A DNA stretch of 64,000 nucleotides. Origin: Eledone cirrhosa. Its lineage: Eukaryota. The stretch spans positions 185,690,001-185,754,000 of the forward strand of contig OZ024743.1 in the NCBI GenBank assembly GCA_964016885.1, written 5' to 3'. Under the pieces are notes generated by a model. It saw nothing but the letters and a program-made list of their open reading frames with translations, searched no databases and had not been told where the DNA came from. Shown one piece after another: positions 1 through 11,215 of the stretch; the first letter of the stretch is position 1; each line of letters opens with the position of its first letter. The position numbers and the translations under genes are program-made.

Positions 1-29
<29 letters not shown>

Positions 30-31
<2 letters not shown>

Positions 32-1330
32 CGAGGACTGCGGATTGACCTTTGGCCGGCCTGGGGATGATTATCTTTCGACATCCAATGTAGCAAGCGA
101 TGACCCAGATCTTACCAGAGATCATTGGGTCCTGAAGCAATCCTGCAATCACCACGCCTGGTCATATGAGCAGACTACAACCACAGAGATCATTAATTTA
201 GAATCCTCGCTCATCATCTATAATTTCCATTTGTGGCACCTTACGATGGGTTAATCCACCATAATAATATGATCACCTTCAGCATAACTTAATTAAATTA
301 CTCTTTAGTTAATACACTTTATGCTTTAAAAATCTCTCTTGGAAGATGCGCATCATCATAGAATTTAGGGTCTATATTGGGACACATTTTAATGGCTAGA
401 TATAGAAACCCCAGAGTTACCTCCCCACATACATTAACTCCCCTTAGCCACACACACACTTCCGGGCGGTATCCAATGGCGTTTCTCGAAACGTAACAAC
501 CTCCTGTATCGAACTAAAGAACACCAGACTACGATCTCTAACTGGATCGTCGTGGATTATGTGAAGGGCATATAATCGAAAAATACACTCCCCTGACCAT
601 GAAAATGCCGAAGTACATGAAATACTTGACATCCCTGCGCTGTGCATCTCCAATACTTATAACACTTTTAATGCTTGCACTATCTTTAATGCTTATAATA
701 TTTCTCCACACACAGACTATATCAATCATTTAAAGAATTTTCCACCAGATCTACCAACCTAACACTCTTATTTACCTACCTAAGTGCCTCTACTACACGT
801 ATCTCTCTGCCACACTATATAAACAAGACGCACATGCGTGCCACACATATAACATTTGCACTATACAACCGCTTATCTTCATGTTGTATTTTAACCTATA
901 TTTTTGATTTTTGATCGTACCTATTAATATAAATGTAACCTCGAAGTGTGTATTGCCACTCTAAATTCTATAATGAATGTTGACCCACAATGTTTGAATA
1001 TGTATCAATGTTTGAATATGTATTGGTATGTCTCTCGGCTGAAAAGGAGGTCATATAACTGTCCATGCACTAATAAATTGCTCCGAAGAATCCAAACCTC
1101 GGTTTGGAGGAAACAGCTGTAAGCACAATAATGTTTTGAACAGTTCTTTGATTCTTATATTTCATATAACTGCTCTGTAAATCATCTGATGTTTTTACAT
1201 TGAGCTACTTAACTTACTGGTAATAAGGTAGTAATACATTACTGCCTACCACTATTTAGGGTGTGTGTAAAATACTTATAACTGCTTAAGGTTTTGTATT
1301 TACATAACCATAAATAGTATAACTAATACT
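30..1330 (+). mobile_element. Probable Penelope-like (PLE) remnant / pseudo-LTR island between TA tracts
   Basis: Flanked by (TA)n on both sides and contains a hammerhead motif at 1077-1124; no recognisable ORF. Confidence 0.45.
1077..1124 (+). ncRNA. Type I hammerhead ribozyme motif (core variant CCGAAGA)
   Basis: tgct CCGAAGA a-tccaaac ctcg gtttgga-g GAA acagctgt A agca; stem I tgct/agca, 7-bp stem II, palindromic stem III acagctgt, GUA site. Confidence 0.65.
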
Positions 1331-1365
1331 ATATATATATCTATATATCTATATATATATATATA

Positions 1366-1454
<89 letters not shown>

Positions 1455-1487
1455 ATATATATATATATATCTATATATATATATATA

Positions 1488-1536
<49 letters not shown>

Positions 1537-1898
1537 ATATATATATATCTATATATATATATCTATATATATATATCTATATATATATATATCTATATAT
1601 ATATATCTATATATATATATCTATATATATATCTATATATATCTATATCTATATATCTATATCTATATATCTATATATATATATATATCTATATATATCT
1701 ATATATATATATCTATATATCTATATATATCTATATATCTATATATATCTATATATATCTATATATCTATATATATCTATATATATCTATATATCTATGT
1801 ATATCTATATATATCTATATATCTATGTATATCTATATATATCTATATATATCTATATATATCTATATATCTATATATATCTATATATATATATATCT
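1331..1898. repeat. (TA)n microsatellite with TC interruptions
   Basis: Direct reading. Confidence 0.98.
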
Positions 1899-4800
1899 CT
1901 GCGGAATCCTGGAGAGTGGAGGTGAGAGAGAAAAATCTGGACGCTCAGCGACAATGCCAAAGATAAAGACAAATTCACCTCTTGGACGAGAATGCGAGCA
2001 CTCCTCATTGTTTCGACCGCGGACGGCTAACATAACCCCATCGCCCCCCGCCCCTCACCGCCCCCAACCCCCAAACGCAATCCAAAACCTCAGAGTTGGT
2101 ACCATAAATGTAGGCACCCTAAAGGGTCGCGCTAACGAGGTTGTAGAAATGCTTGAACGTAAGGAGGTCGATGTTTGTTGTATTCAAGAGACCAGGTGGA
2201 GGGGTGGGTCTGCTAGGTTCATTGAGGGTAAAAAACGATGTTATAAGCTTTTCTGGGTGGGAAACGACGATGGGCTGGGTGGAGTAGGAATCATGGTAGC
2301 AGAAAAGTGGGCAGATAAGATAATAGACGTAAATAGAGTGAACGACAGAATAATTAAAATACGACTTGTCCTCAATAGAACTACGGTGACAGTAATATCT
2401 GCGTACGCACCCCAATCCGGACTGCCCGACACTATAAAAGACAGATTCTATGAGACACTGATGCTAACTACCTCCCAAATATCCGACAGTGACTATATAA
2501 TTATCGCAGGCGACCTAAATGGTCACGTTGGACAACATTGTGACGGCTACGACGAAATCCATGGAGGCTATGGGTTTGGTACTAGAAATGAGGAAGGCTC
2601 CAGAATCCTGGAATTCTGTGATGCAAATAACCTAACTATCTGTAACACTAACTTCAAAAAACGTGACAATCACCTGATCACCTATAGATCCGGGGAACAC
2701 ACAAGCCAGGTAGATTATATCCTTACCAGAAGACGTGACAGAGTGTCTGTTGTAAACACTAAATCCCTCCCCCATGAAGAATGCACCTCCCAACATAGAC
2801 TGATAATTAGCGACCTCATAGTCAGGACGAGACGTACTCGACAACAGAAGAGGACTATCCTCAGGAGGAAAATATGGAAGCTAAAGGACCCCACAGCCAG
2901 GAATAAATTTCAAAGCATATTACTTGATGATTTCGACAGTAAGGAAGAACATTTAGAGTCGGACAATATAGAGGGAGAGTGGGAATTTCTGAAAGCAAAC
3001 CTGCTGTTGGCGACAGACGAAGTCTGTGGCTGGAGCAGGCCTGTAGGCAGGAGGAGAGTAACATGGTGGTGGAACAGTAAGGTGGAGGGGTCAATTAAGG
3101 CCAAAAAGCAGGCTTGGAAAGTATGGCGGGATGGGGGAAGTAGAGAGGACTATCAAGTGGCCAGGAGGGAAGCTAGGAGACAAGTGTACTTAGCAAGAAG
3201 GGAAGCTGAGGAAAGAAAGTTCAAGCATGTTCTACAACGCGATGACCAAAAACGTGAGGTGTTCAGGATTGCTAGGCAATGCGTCAAGGAAAACCGTGAT
3301 ATTGTCGGGGAGAAGTGTGTACTAAACGACGATGGCACACTTGCCATCACCGACGCTCATAAGAAGGTAGCTTGGAAGTGTCACTATGAAAGGCTACTAA
3401 ATGAGGAGAATAATTGGGAGAAAGGCAGTCTCCCCCATATCGACCCAATAGAGGGACCAGCAGTGTTAGTCGAGGGGAGTATAATAAGTAAGGCAATCAA
3501 GGATATGAAGACTGGTAAGGCGGCTGGGCCTTCGGAAATAGTTGCTGAGATGCTGAAGGCATCTGGCACGGTGGGACACACCATGGTCACCCGCATAGTT
3601 AACCAAGTCGTACAGAATGGGGTTGTTCCGAAGGACTGGCATAGCAGCATCATCGTTAACTGTTATAAGGGTAAAGGAGACGCCCTAGATAGGAGTAACT
3701 ATAGAGGCATTAAATTAATCGACCAGGTCATGAAGGTCACGGAAAAAGTAATAGCGCAACTAATCAGAGAGAGAATTGACCTAGATGAAATGCAGTTCGG
3801 GTTTGTGTCAGGCAAAAGTACCACAGACGCTCTTTTCATAGTACGACAACTACAGGAGAAGTACCTAGCTAAAGGTAAACCCCTCTACTTAGCTTTTGTC
3901 GACTTGGAGAAAGCCTTCGACAGAGTCCCCCGCTCCATTATCTGGTGGGCTCTTAGAAAACTAGGCGTTGACGAATGGCTTGTGAGGGCTATACAAGCCA
4001 TGTATAAAGAAACAGTCAGCAAGGTTAGAATTAACAACGAATATAGTGAAGAGTTTAGCGTAAAAGTTGGCGTCCATCAGGGCTCTGTTCTCAGTCCACT
4101 ACTATTTATTATTGCCCTTCAGGCTATAACAGAGGAGTTCAAGACAGGCTGCCCATGGGAACTCCTATACGCAGACGACCTGACACTCATAGCGGAATCA
4201 ATGGCCGAGCTAGAGAAGAAATTCCAAACATGGAAGCACGGCCTAGAGTCAAAAGGACTTAAAATTAACCTGGCTAAGACCAAAGTACTAGTTTGTAGGA
4301 AAGAAAACAAGGCGGCGGTCCCTTCTGGGAAATGGTCGTGCTCGGTGTGTAGGAAAGGCGTAGGTAGAAACTCCATTTTATGTCCTAAATGCAAAGTATG
4401 GGTGCATAAAAGATGTAGTGGGATCACAGGTAAGCTAACTAAGAACATAGATTTTACATGTGGCCGGTGCTCTGGTGCAATAAGTAGCAGCAAGTGCCCA
4501 CAAACTACTAGCTCTTTCAATTGCGCAGAGGGTTCTATAGAAATAGTGGACAGCTTCCGTTACCTGGGCGATAAAATCAGCAGTGGGGGAGGGTGCTCTG
4601 AAAGTACTGTAGCTAGAGTCAGAACTGGTTGGAAAAAGTTCAGAGAGCTTATACCACTATTAGCTGCTAAAGGGTTCTCACTAAAAATGAAAGGCAGGTT
4701 GTACGATGCCTGCATACGAACAGCAATGCTGCATGGCAGTGAGACCTGGGCATTGTGTGCAGAGGATATACGCAGACTAGAGAGGAACGAAGCTTGCATG

Positions 4801-5518
4801 CTCCGCTGGATGTGTAACAGTAATATACGTGAACGGCAAAGCATAAACGAACTAAGGAAAAAATTAGAGATAAGAGGGATCAGATGTTGTTTACTCGAGA
4901 GAAGGCTACGTTGGTATGGACACGTGATGCGCATGAAAGTCGATAGCTGTATAACAAAGTGCAGGGCAATAAAGATAGACGGTAGTCACGGAATAGGCAG
5001 ACCTAGAAAAACCTGGGACGAGCTGATAAACTCCGACATCACACACTTACACCTCTCCAAGACAATGTCACTGGACCGAGACCTTTGGCGGTACTCAGTA
5101 ACAGAGAAGACCCGCCTTACCTAAATATATAGTAAAACCTACTCCAGCCAGTAGGCATCTCTAACAAAATACACCCCGTCCCACCACCACCACCCCCACC
5201 CGATCCACACCACCCCGTTCTATGTAAAGTTATGTTGGTGCCGCGCCATCGAGGCCGAAACAAATGAGATCGTGTAGGTGTCACGACAAAAAACACACAG
5301 TCCACGCTGTAATGTGGCCGTGTAGGCAACACGGTAAAAACCTCCCAGACCCACACTGTAAATGTGGTTGGTGTTAGGAAGGGCATCCAACTGTAGAAAA
5401 CCTGCCAGACAGTCCTATGCGAGCAAGACAATCACTCTTGCCTCAAGTGGGACTACCCCCGTCCAAACCCATGCAAGCGTGGAACACGGACGTTAAACGT
5501 TGATGATGATGATGATGA

Positions 5519-5522
<4 letters not shown>
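1899..5522 (+). mobile_element. RTE-clade LINE family A, near full length (5' UTR truncated)
   Basis: Single APE+RT ORF, 3' UTR of about 380 bp, (GAT)n tail, embedded in TA repeats. Confidence 0.95.
1954..5124 (+). CDS. Intact RTE polyprotein (APE endonuclease, reverse transcriptase, PHD-like Zn finger), 1056 aa
   Basis: Start MPKIK at 1954 (the upstream ORF-track extension is microsatellite); motifs [52 protein letters not shown]; no stops. Confidence 0.95.
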   Translation: MPKIKTNSPLGRECEHSSLFRPRTANITPSPPAPHRPQPPNAIQNLRVGTINVGTLKGRANEVVEMLERKEVDVCCIQETRWRGGSARFIEGKKRCYKLFWVGNDDGLGGVGIMVAEKWADKIIDVNRVNDRIIKIRLVLNRTTVTVISAYAPQSGLPDTIKDRFYETLMLTTSQISDSDYIIIAGDLNGHVGQHCDGYDEIHGGYGFGTRNEEGSRILEFCDANNLTICNTNFKKRDNHLITYRSGEHTSQVDYILTRRRDRVSVVNTKSLPHEECTSQHRLIISDLIVRTRRTRQQKRTILRRKIWKLKDPTARNKFQSILLDDFDSKEEHLESDNIEGEWEFLKANLLLATDEVCGWSRPVGRRRVTWWWNSKVEGSIKAKKQAWKVWRDGGSREDYQVARREARRQVYLARREAEERKFKHVLQRDDQKREVFRIARQCVKENRDIVGEKCVLNDDGTLAITDAHKKVAWKCHYERLLNEENNWEKGSLPHIDPIEGPAVLVEGSIISKAIKDMKTGKAAGPSEIVAEMLKASGTVGHTMVTRIVNQVVQNGVVPKDWHSSIIVNCYKGKGDALDRSNYRGIKLIDQVMKVTEKVIAQLIRERIDLDEMQFGFVSGKSTTDALFIVRQLQEKYLAKGKPLYLAFVDLEKAFDRVPRSIIWWALRKLGVDEWLVRAIQAMYKETVSKVRINNEYSEEFSVKVGVHQGSVLSPLLFIIALQAITEEFKTGCPWELLYADDLTLIAESMAELEKKFQTWKHGLESKGLKINLAKTKVLVCRKENKAAVPSGKWSCSVCRKGVGRNSILCPKCKVWVHKRCSGITGKLTKNIDFTCGRCSGAISSSKCPQTTSSFNCAEGSIEIVDSFRYLGDKISSGGGCSESTVARVRTGWKKFRELIPLLAAKGFSLKMKGRLYDACIRTAMLHGSETWALCAEDIRRLERNEACMLRWMCNSNIRERQSINELRKKLEIRGIRCCLLERRLRWYGHVMRMKVDSCITKCRAIKIDGSHGIGRPRKTWDELINSDITHLHLSKTMSLDRDLWRYSVTEKTRLT

Positions 5523-5567
<45 letters not shown>

Positions 5568-5574
<7 letters not shown>

Positions 5575-6050
5575 GATTCTACAGGACTAGAACTGTTTCA
5601 TTCTTTAGAAATCATCAGGAATCTGGGTATCAAAGCATAAGTATGGTATTTATACAAGTGGTAGGAGAGGGTGGGGAGTGGGATGGGTGTAGGTCATTGG
5701 TTGATAGAAGAGGGAATTCATTAAAAGCTAATTCTACAAAGCTATAGTTTATTTTTATTTATTTTTGTTTTTAGAGTAACAAAGGCAGACAGAATTCTAT
5801 AAACAGGTTCAGGATGGCATGCCATTCCTTATTATTAAGTTTCTCTTAAGCTAACAGGTGTCTATAAGATCAGTGGGGGGTCAGTCATGGTAGATAGATT
5901 TAAAGGAAAGGGAGATTCTTTAATAGCTAAAATCATTAAGGTTCTACTAAATGACAAAGGTTTAGAGAATTCTGTAGACAAATTCAGAATATTAAGTGCA
6001 TATCTTACAATTATCCTCAAATTACTCTTAAACTATTCAACTATATGCCA
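5568..6050 (-). mobile_element. PLE 3' end / pseudo-LTR remnant
   Basis: Hammerhead next to a TA tract; upstream sequence is degenerate. Confidence 0.45.
5574..5624 (-). ncRNA. Type I hammerhead ribozyme motif, canonical core
   Basis: Minus strand: agattc CTGATGA t-ttc taaa gaa-t GAA acag ttctagtc ctgt A gaatct. Confidence 0.75.
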
Positions 6051-6054
6051 AAAA

Positions 6055-6202
6055 ACAACAGACACATTCACAAGACACACTCACTAACACACTCGCGTGC
6101 ACCCATAAACACACATACACAGACACACATATAAATATATTTATATATATAAATATACACATACATACACATACATACACACACACACATACACACATAT
6201 GT

Positions 6203-6241
<39 letters not shown>

Positions 6242-6301
6242 TATATACATATATATATACATATATATATATATATACATACATACACATATACACACAT
6301 G

Positions 6302-6375
<74 letters not shown>

Positions 6376-6404
6376 TATATATACACACACATATATATAT
6401 ATAT
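6055..6404. repeat. (CA)n/(TA)n compound microsatellite
   Basis: Direct reading. Confidence 0.95.
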
Positions 6405-7679
6405 ACTCCTGTATGCTGATGACCTTGCACTCATAGCTGAATCTATGGTAGAACTAGAGAATAAATTCCAAACCTGGAAGCAGGGACTAGAGAGAAAGGG
6501 CCTCAAAGTCAACATGACAAAGACTAAGGTCCTTATAAGTAGACGAGAAAACAGAACCCAGATCCCCTCAGGGAAATGGCCTTGCTCAGTATGTAGGAAA
6601 GGTGTAGGTAGGAACTCCATTCTCTGCCCCAAATGCAAACAATGGGTACACAAGAGATATAGCGGGATCTCAGGAAGCTTAATTAAGAATGTAGGATTCA
6701 CATGCAGCAGCTGCGCTGAAACAGCAAGCAAACAGCCACAGGAAACAAGTACCACCAATCTCTGGGAGGGCCCTGTAGAAACAGTAGACAGCTTCTGCTA
6801 CCTAGGTGACCGAATTAGCAACGGAGGTGGGTGCTCAGAAAGTACAATAACTAGGGTAAGAACGGGATGGAAGAAGTTTAGGGAACTACTACCACTGCTA
6901 GCTGCAAAAGGCTTCTCCCTCAGAATGAAAGGCAGACTGTATGATGCGTGTATCCGAACAGCGATGTTGCATGGTAGTGAGACCTGGGCGCTGAAGGTGG
7001 AAGACTTACGTAGATTAGAGAGAAACGAAGCCTGCATGCTCCGATGGATGTGTAACAGTAATATACGTGAACGACAAAGCATAAAGGAATTGAGAGAGAG
7101 ACTGAGCATAAGAGGAATCAAATGCTGCGTGCAGGAGAGGCGGTTATGCTGGTATGGACATGTGATGCGTATGAAGGATGACAGCTGCATAAAAAGGTGC
7201 AGAGCACTAGAAGTTGATGGAAACCGCGGAGTGGGGAGACCCAAGATGACTTGGGATGAGGTGATAAAAGCCGACCTTACCCAACTACACCTCTCAAAGT
7301 CAATGACACACGACCGTGACTTCTGGCGTCACGCAGTAATACAGGGTACCCGACCTCCCATGGGTACATGCTGAAGCATATAAACAATATGCCCCCACTC
7401 CCCCCACCGCAAGGTGGTCGTGGAGGTGCCACGGCAAAAAAGCACCCAGCCCACACTGTAAAGTGGACGTGTAGGCGCCACGAAAAAGCACCCAGCACTC
7501 ACTGTAAATGAGGTTGGTGTTAGGAAGGGCATCCAGCTGTAGAAATCAAGCCAAATCAGTTCCTGTATGAGCAAGGCATGGTCAGCCGACCAGACACTGC
7601 CCACAACAGGACAACCCGTCTAACCCATGCTAGCGTGGAAGAACGGACGTAAAACGGTGATGATGATGATGATGATGAT
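6405..7679 (+). mobile_element. RTE family B, 5'-truncated copy (starts at LLYADD)
   Basis: ORF from YADD to the stop at 7374, family B 3' UTR, (GAT)n tail. Confidence 0.93.
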
Positions 7680-7751
7680 ATACACACACACATATATAAA
7701 AATACATACATAAAAACATATATACACATACACATACACACACACATACAT

Positions 7752-7806
<55 letters not shown>

Positions 7807-8026
7807 TAAACGGAATAGAAAATGCTGACAAATTGTTCACAGTTGAAAAATGGTTTAATTAGGAATAAAAGAGTATTAGTGATTGTATGGGTTAGTATTC
7901 AGTTGTGGTTTTAAGTTTTTAAGTTTTTACCGGTTGCGCATTTCTAAATGCTTTTCAAAAATAATTTTGAGATAGAGTGTCCGTGCTGTTTGCTCTGATC
8001 TGATTAGTTTTGGGAATTCTACATGT

Positions 8027-8252
8027 TTTTATGTTAAAAAAGTGGCTTCAGCGTTATTTTTGTGTTGCAAAAATGCTTGTGGTCAAAACAATTTTGATTG
8101 GTCGGTAGAGGTCATGTGAATGTAAAAAGTTGATTTTGCGCCAAGACTGTTTTTATGTTAAAAAAGTGGCTCCAGCAAAAATTCTTGGTCAAAACAATTT
8201 TGATTGGTCGGTAGAGGTCATGCGGATAAAAAATTGGTTTTGCGCCAAGATT
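8027..8252. repeat. Imperfect tandem duplication (units about 105-125 bp)
   Basis: ttttatgttaaaaaagtggct...ggtcaaaacaattttgattggtcggtagaggtcatg...ttttgcgccaaga occurs twice. Confidence 0.8.
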
Positions 8253-8360
8253 GAGAAATGACTCTTTCACAACAAATATGTGTGTGTGTAGTAGTAGTAG
8301 TGAGGTGTTCGATGCTGCGACAATGGCCAGCAGCAATGTGTGTCAAATGGCTATTAAGAT

Positions 8361-8403
<43 letters not shown>

Positions 8404-8819
8404 GCAGAGTAATTCGATGGTCAGTAAGAATGTGTCTGAAAGCAATGGGGGGTATTTTAGCATGTCAAAAGATATTATTCAGCTTTTGTCTTATACGGAG
8501 AAGTGCGTGTGTGTGTGTGTGTGTGTGTGTGTATAAGTCTCTTTGTATGTTGATGTACGCGTGTGTATGTGTCTGTGTATATATGTGTGTGTGTGTGTGG
8601 GGGTGGACCAGTATTTTTTTCCCCCTGGTAAAATGGTGTACATTATTCGATTTTTTCAGTAAAATCGGTTCTCTTAATAGAACATCAAAAATCTTAATAA
8701 AAGGTGTGAAATGATATTCACTATATATATATATACACATACATATATTCACTATATATATACACATATACATACATATATATTGCACATATATTTTTTT
8801 GTATTGCACCATAGAGCAT

Positions 8820-9500
8820 GTGTGTTTACGTGTGTCATTGTGTTTATATGTGGGTAGAGATGTGTGCTGATGTAGGTATGTATGTTGACGTGTGTATGTT
8901 GTGGGTTCGTCTTAGGGAGAAGTGTTTAGACGGGGTCCGTATTTGTTAATGAAGTAAGATTCCATGCTGATGCGCTGGGTGTGGGTGGCATTATCTTTAA
9001 ATTTAAAGATAATGCTACCCACACATATTGCGAACTGCGCAGGAATGACACTACCCAACTTTAAAATCTTCCCCTTCTACAAGTGTTCAGATTCGTTCAC
9101 ACAGCAACAAAGAATAAACAAAGAAAATCTATTCCTTAACAAATTTAAACCAAAACTAAACGGGTTATCACCCCAATAGAATTGTCATAAAATATAAACA
9201 CACATACGCACGGAGTGACAGATATATGTGTTTGTATGTGTGCATGTATATAATTATCACTACTATTAAAGACCAGAGACCAATTCTGTAGAATCAGGTT
9301 TATTCGTTGACAGACCATGCCTTTGTGTGACCAACACATCCATGTTAAACCCTGCACGTGCACACACATATATCTATATATATATGCGCACACAGAATTC
9401 ACCACTGTCGGTTGCGGGGCCCAATCTACAAGAAGAACTCAATGTGATCAGAATGACTTGTATTTTAATTTCACTGTCCTAACTTCTTATATTATGGAAA
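8820..9500. mobile_element. Two head-to-head PLE GIY-YIG C-terminal fragments
   Basis: Plus 9019-9179: THIANC...FKIFPFYK...RINKENLFLNKFKPKLN; minus from about 8998: QRISMESYFINKYGPRLN; joined by a hairpin at 8979-9024. Confidence 0.6.
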
Positions 9501-9504
9501 AAAT

Positions 9505-9614
9505 ATATGTGTATGTATGTATATATATATATTTGGAGGCCATTTCTCTGTGTGTGGGTGTATGTATGTGTATATGTGTGTGTGTGTGTGTGTATGTGGA
9601 TTTATGTATTGTGC

Positions 9615-9646
<32 letters not shown>

Positions 9647-10006
9647 ATATGTGTGTGTGTGTGTGTGTTTGTATGTGTGTATGTATATATATGTGTGTGT
9701 GTGTATGTATGTGTGGGTGTGTGTATATATATGTGTATGTATATATGTATATATGTGTATGTACACATATATATATATGTGTGTGTGTGTATGTATGTGT
9801 GTATCTGGATGTATGTGTATGTATATATATGTGTGTGTGTATATATATATATATGTGTGTGTATGTGCATATATGTGTGTGTGTATGTGTGTATGTATAT
9901 GTATGTGTGTGTGTATGTATGTGTGTATATGTATATATATATATATATATGTGTATGTATATGTATATGTATGTATGTGTGGATGAAGGTATGTGTGTAT
10001 ATATAG
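9505..10006. repeat. (TG)/(TA) compound microsatellite
   Basis: Direct reading. Confidence 0.97.
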
Positions 10007-10316
10007 GTGTAAGTGCACTAAATCATTTTCTATCAATCTCCCCTCTCCTACCGAGCACAGGAAGATATATGTATGTATATTGCTTCCACCTCCTCACTGA
10101 CCAGCAGCTGGCCATCTGGCCATTGCTAAATCTGACCTTTATAAAATAACCCACACCCCCAAATAACTTCTCATTCACTACCAGAAAGGCACACAGCAGT
10201 CAACGAGCTGCTACCAAGATGAAAACTACTATGAAATCCCACAATGAATTTTATACTTGAATTTTCAAATCTCAAATTTTAACTCTTCTTATTATTAATT
10301 TTTCTTAATATTAATC

Positions 10317-10364
10317 AACATTTGAAAAGATGGCTTTTGCAGACCCATCGAAACCGGTCATTTT
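10317..10364 (+). ncRNA. Type I hammerhead motif with U3-A8 core (TTGAAAA)
   Basis: aacat TTGAAAA gatgg cttttgcagac ccatc GAA accggt C atttt; palindromic stem III accggt, GUC site, one mismatch in stem I. Confidence 0.65.
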
Positions 10365-10548
10365 TTATACCCTTTATTATTTCCTTACCTTATAAAATTA
10401 TATGTTTTTTCACAAAAAAGTATTCTGTCTCTTATATATTCCATGTGCCATTACCAACCTCAATTTTCTCTATAACCTTCGTTTTGTGTAGTAAATTACA
10501 CTTTTCATATATATATATATATATATATTTATTAAAATAACAGATTAA

Positions 10549-10599
10549 AGTTTAAGCAAAGAATCGCTGCTTTCACCTTTAACGGGATCTTCTGAAACT
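10549..10599 (-). ncRNA. Hammerhead-like motif (CAGAAGA core), mirror copy
   Basis: Reverse complement of 11052-11102. Confidence 0.5.
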
Positions 10600-11051
10600 A
10601 ACAAAGTCAATCTGTAAACGCAGAAGTGGATATTTCAAAAAAAGTTGCAACCGGAGGAAGACAGGAAGACGATACTTTGGTTCGTGGAAACGTTCCCTGG
10701 CAAAGAATGGGAAAAAACGAATATAATACGTCATTAATAGGAGCGGTGAAAAACAATTACGCGCAAAGACAGAACCACGTTTATGGTATAAAAGAGGTCG
10801 TAGACTAATGTTCTCTTAGGTGGTGCATAGAGACATTCTCTGGCAATGAACATACATATATATATACATGCATATTATATATATATATATATATATATAT
10901 ACATACATACATATTAATGACGTATTATATTCGTTTTTTCCCGTTCTTTGCCAGGGAACATTTCCACGAACCAAAGTTTCGTCTTCCTGTCTTCCTCAGG
11001 TTGCAACGTTTATTGAAATATTCACTTCTGCGTTCACAGATTGACTTTGTT

Positions 11052-11102
11052 AGTTTCAGAAGATCCCGTTAAGGGTGAAAGCAGCGATTCTTTGCTTAAA
11101 CT
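11052..11102 (+). ncRNA. Hammerhead-like motif (CAGAAGA core)
   Basis: agttt CAGAAGA t-ccc gttaa ggg-t GAA agca gcgattctt tgct T aaact; all three stems form. Confidence 0.55.
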
Positions 11103-11215
11103 TTAATCTGTTATTTTAATAAATATTTGCTCTATGGTTCTTATATATTTGATATATATTTATCCTTATCGAGCCCTCTTTGGATTTTAGTCTTCAAATT
11201 TATTATTATTACTAT

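Larger units (their letters stand above)
10527..11212. mobile_element. Inverted pair of PLE pseudo-LTR-type repeats around a TA spacer
   Basis: About 10527-10738 is the reverse complement of about 10912-11125; a third copy lies at 22501-22889. Confidence 0.85.

Noticed and set aside
1825-1953. N-terminal extension of the 1099-aa ORF
   Set aside because: Microsatellite and UTR; homologous copies start at MPK (1954)
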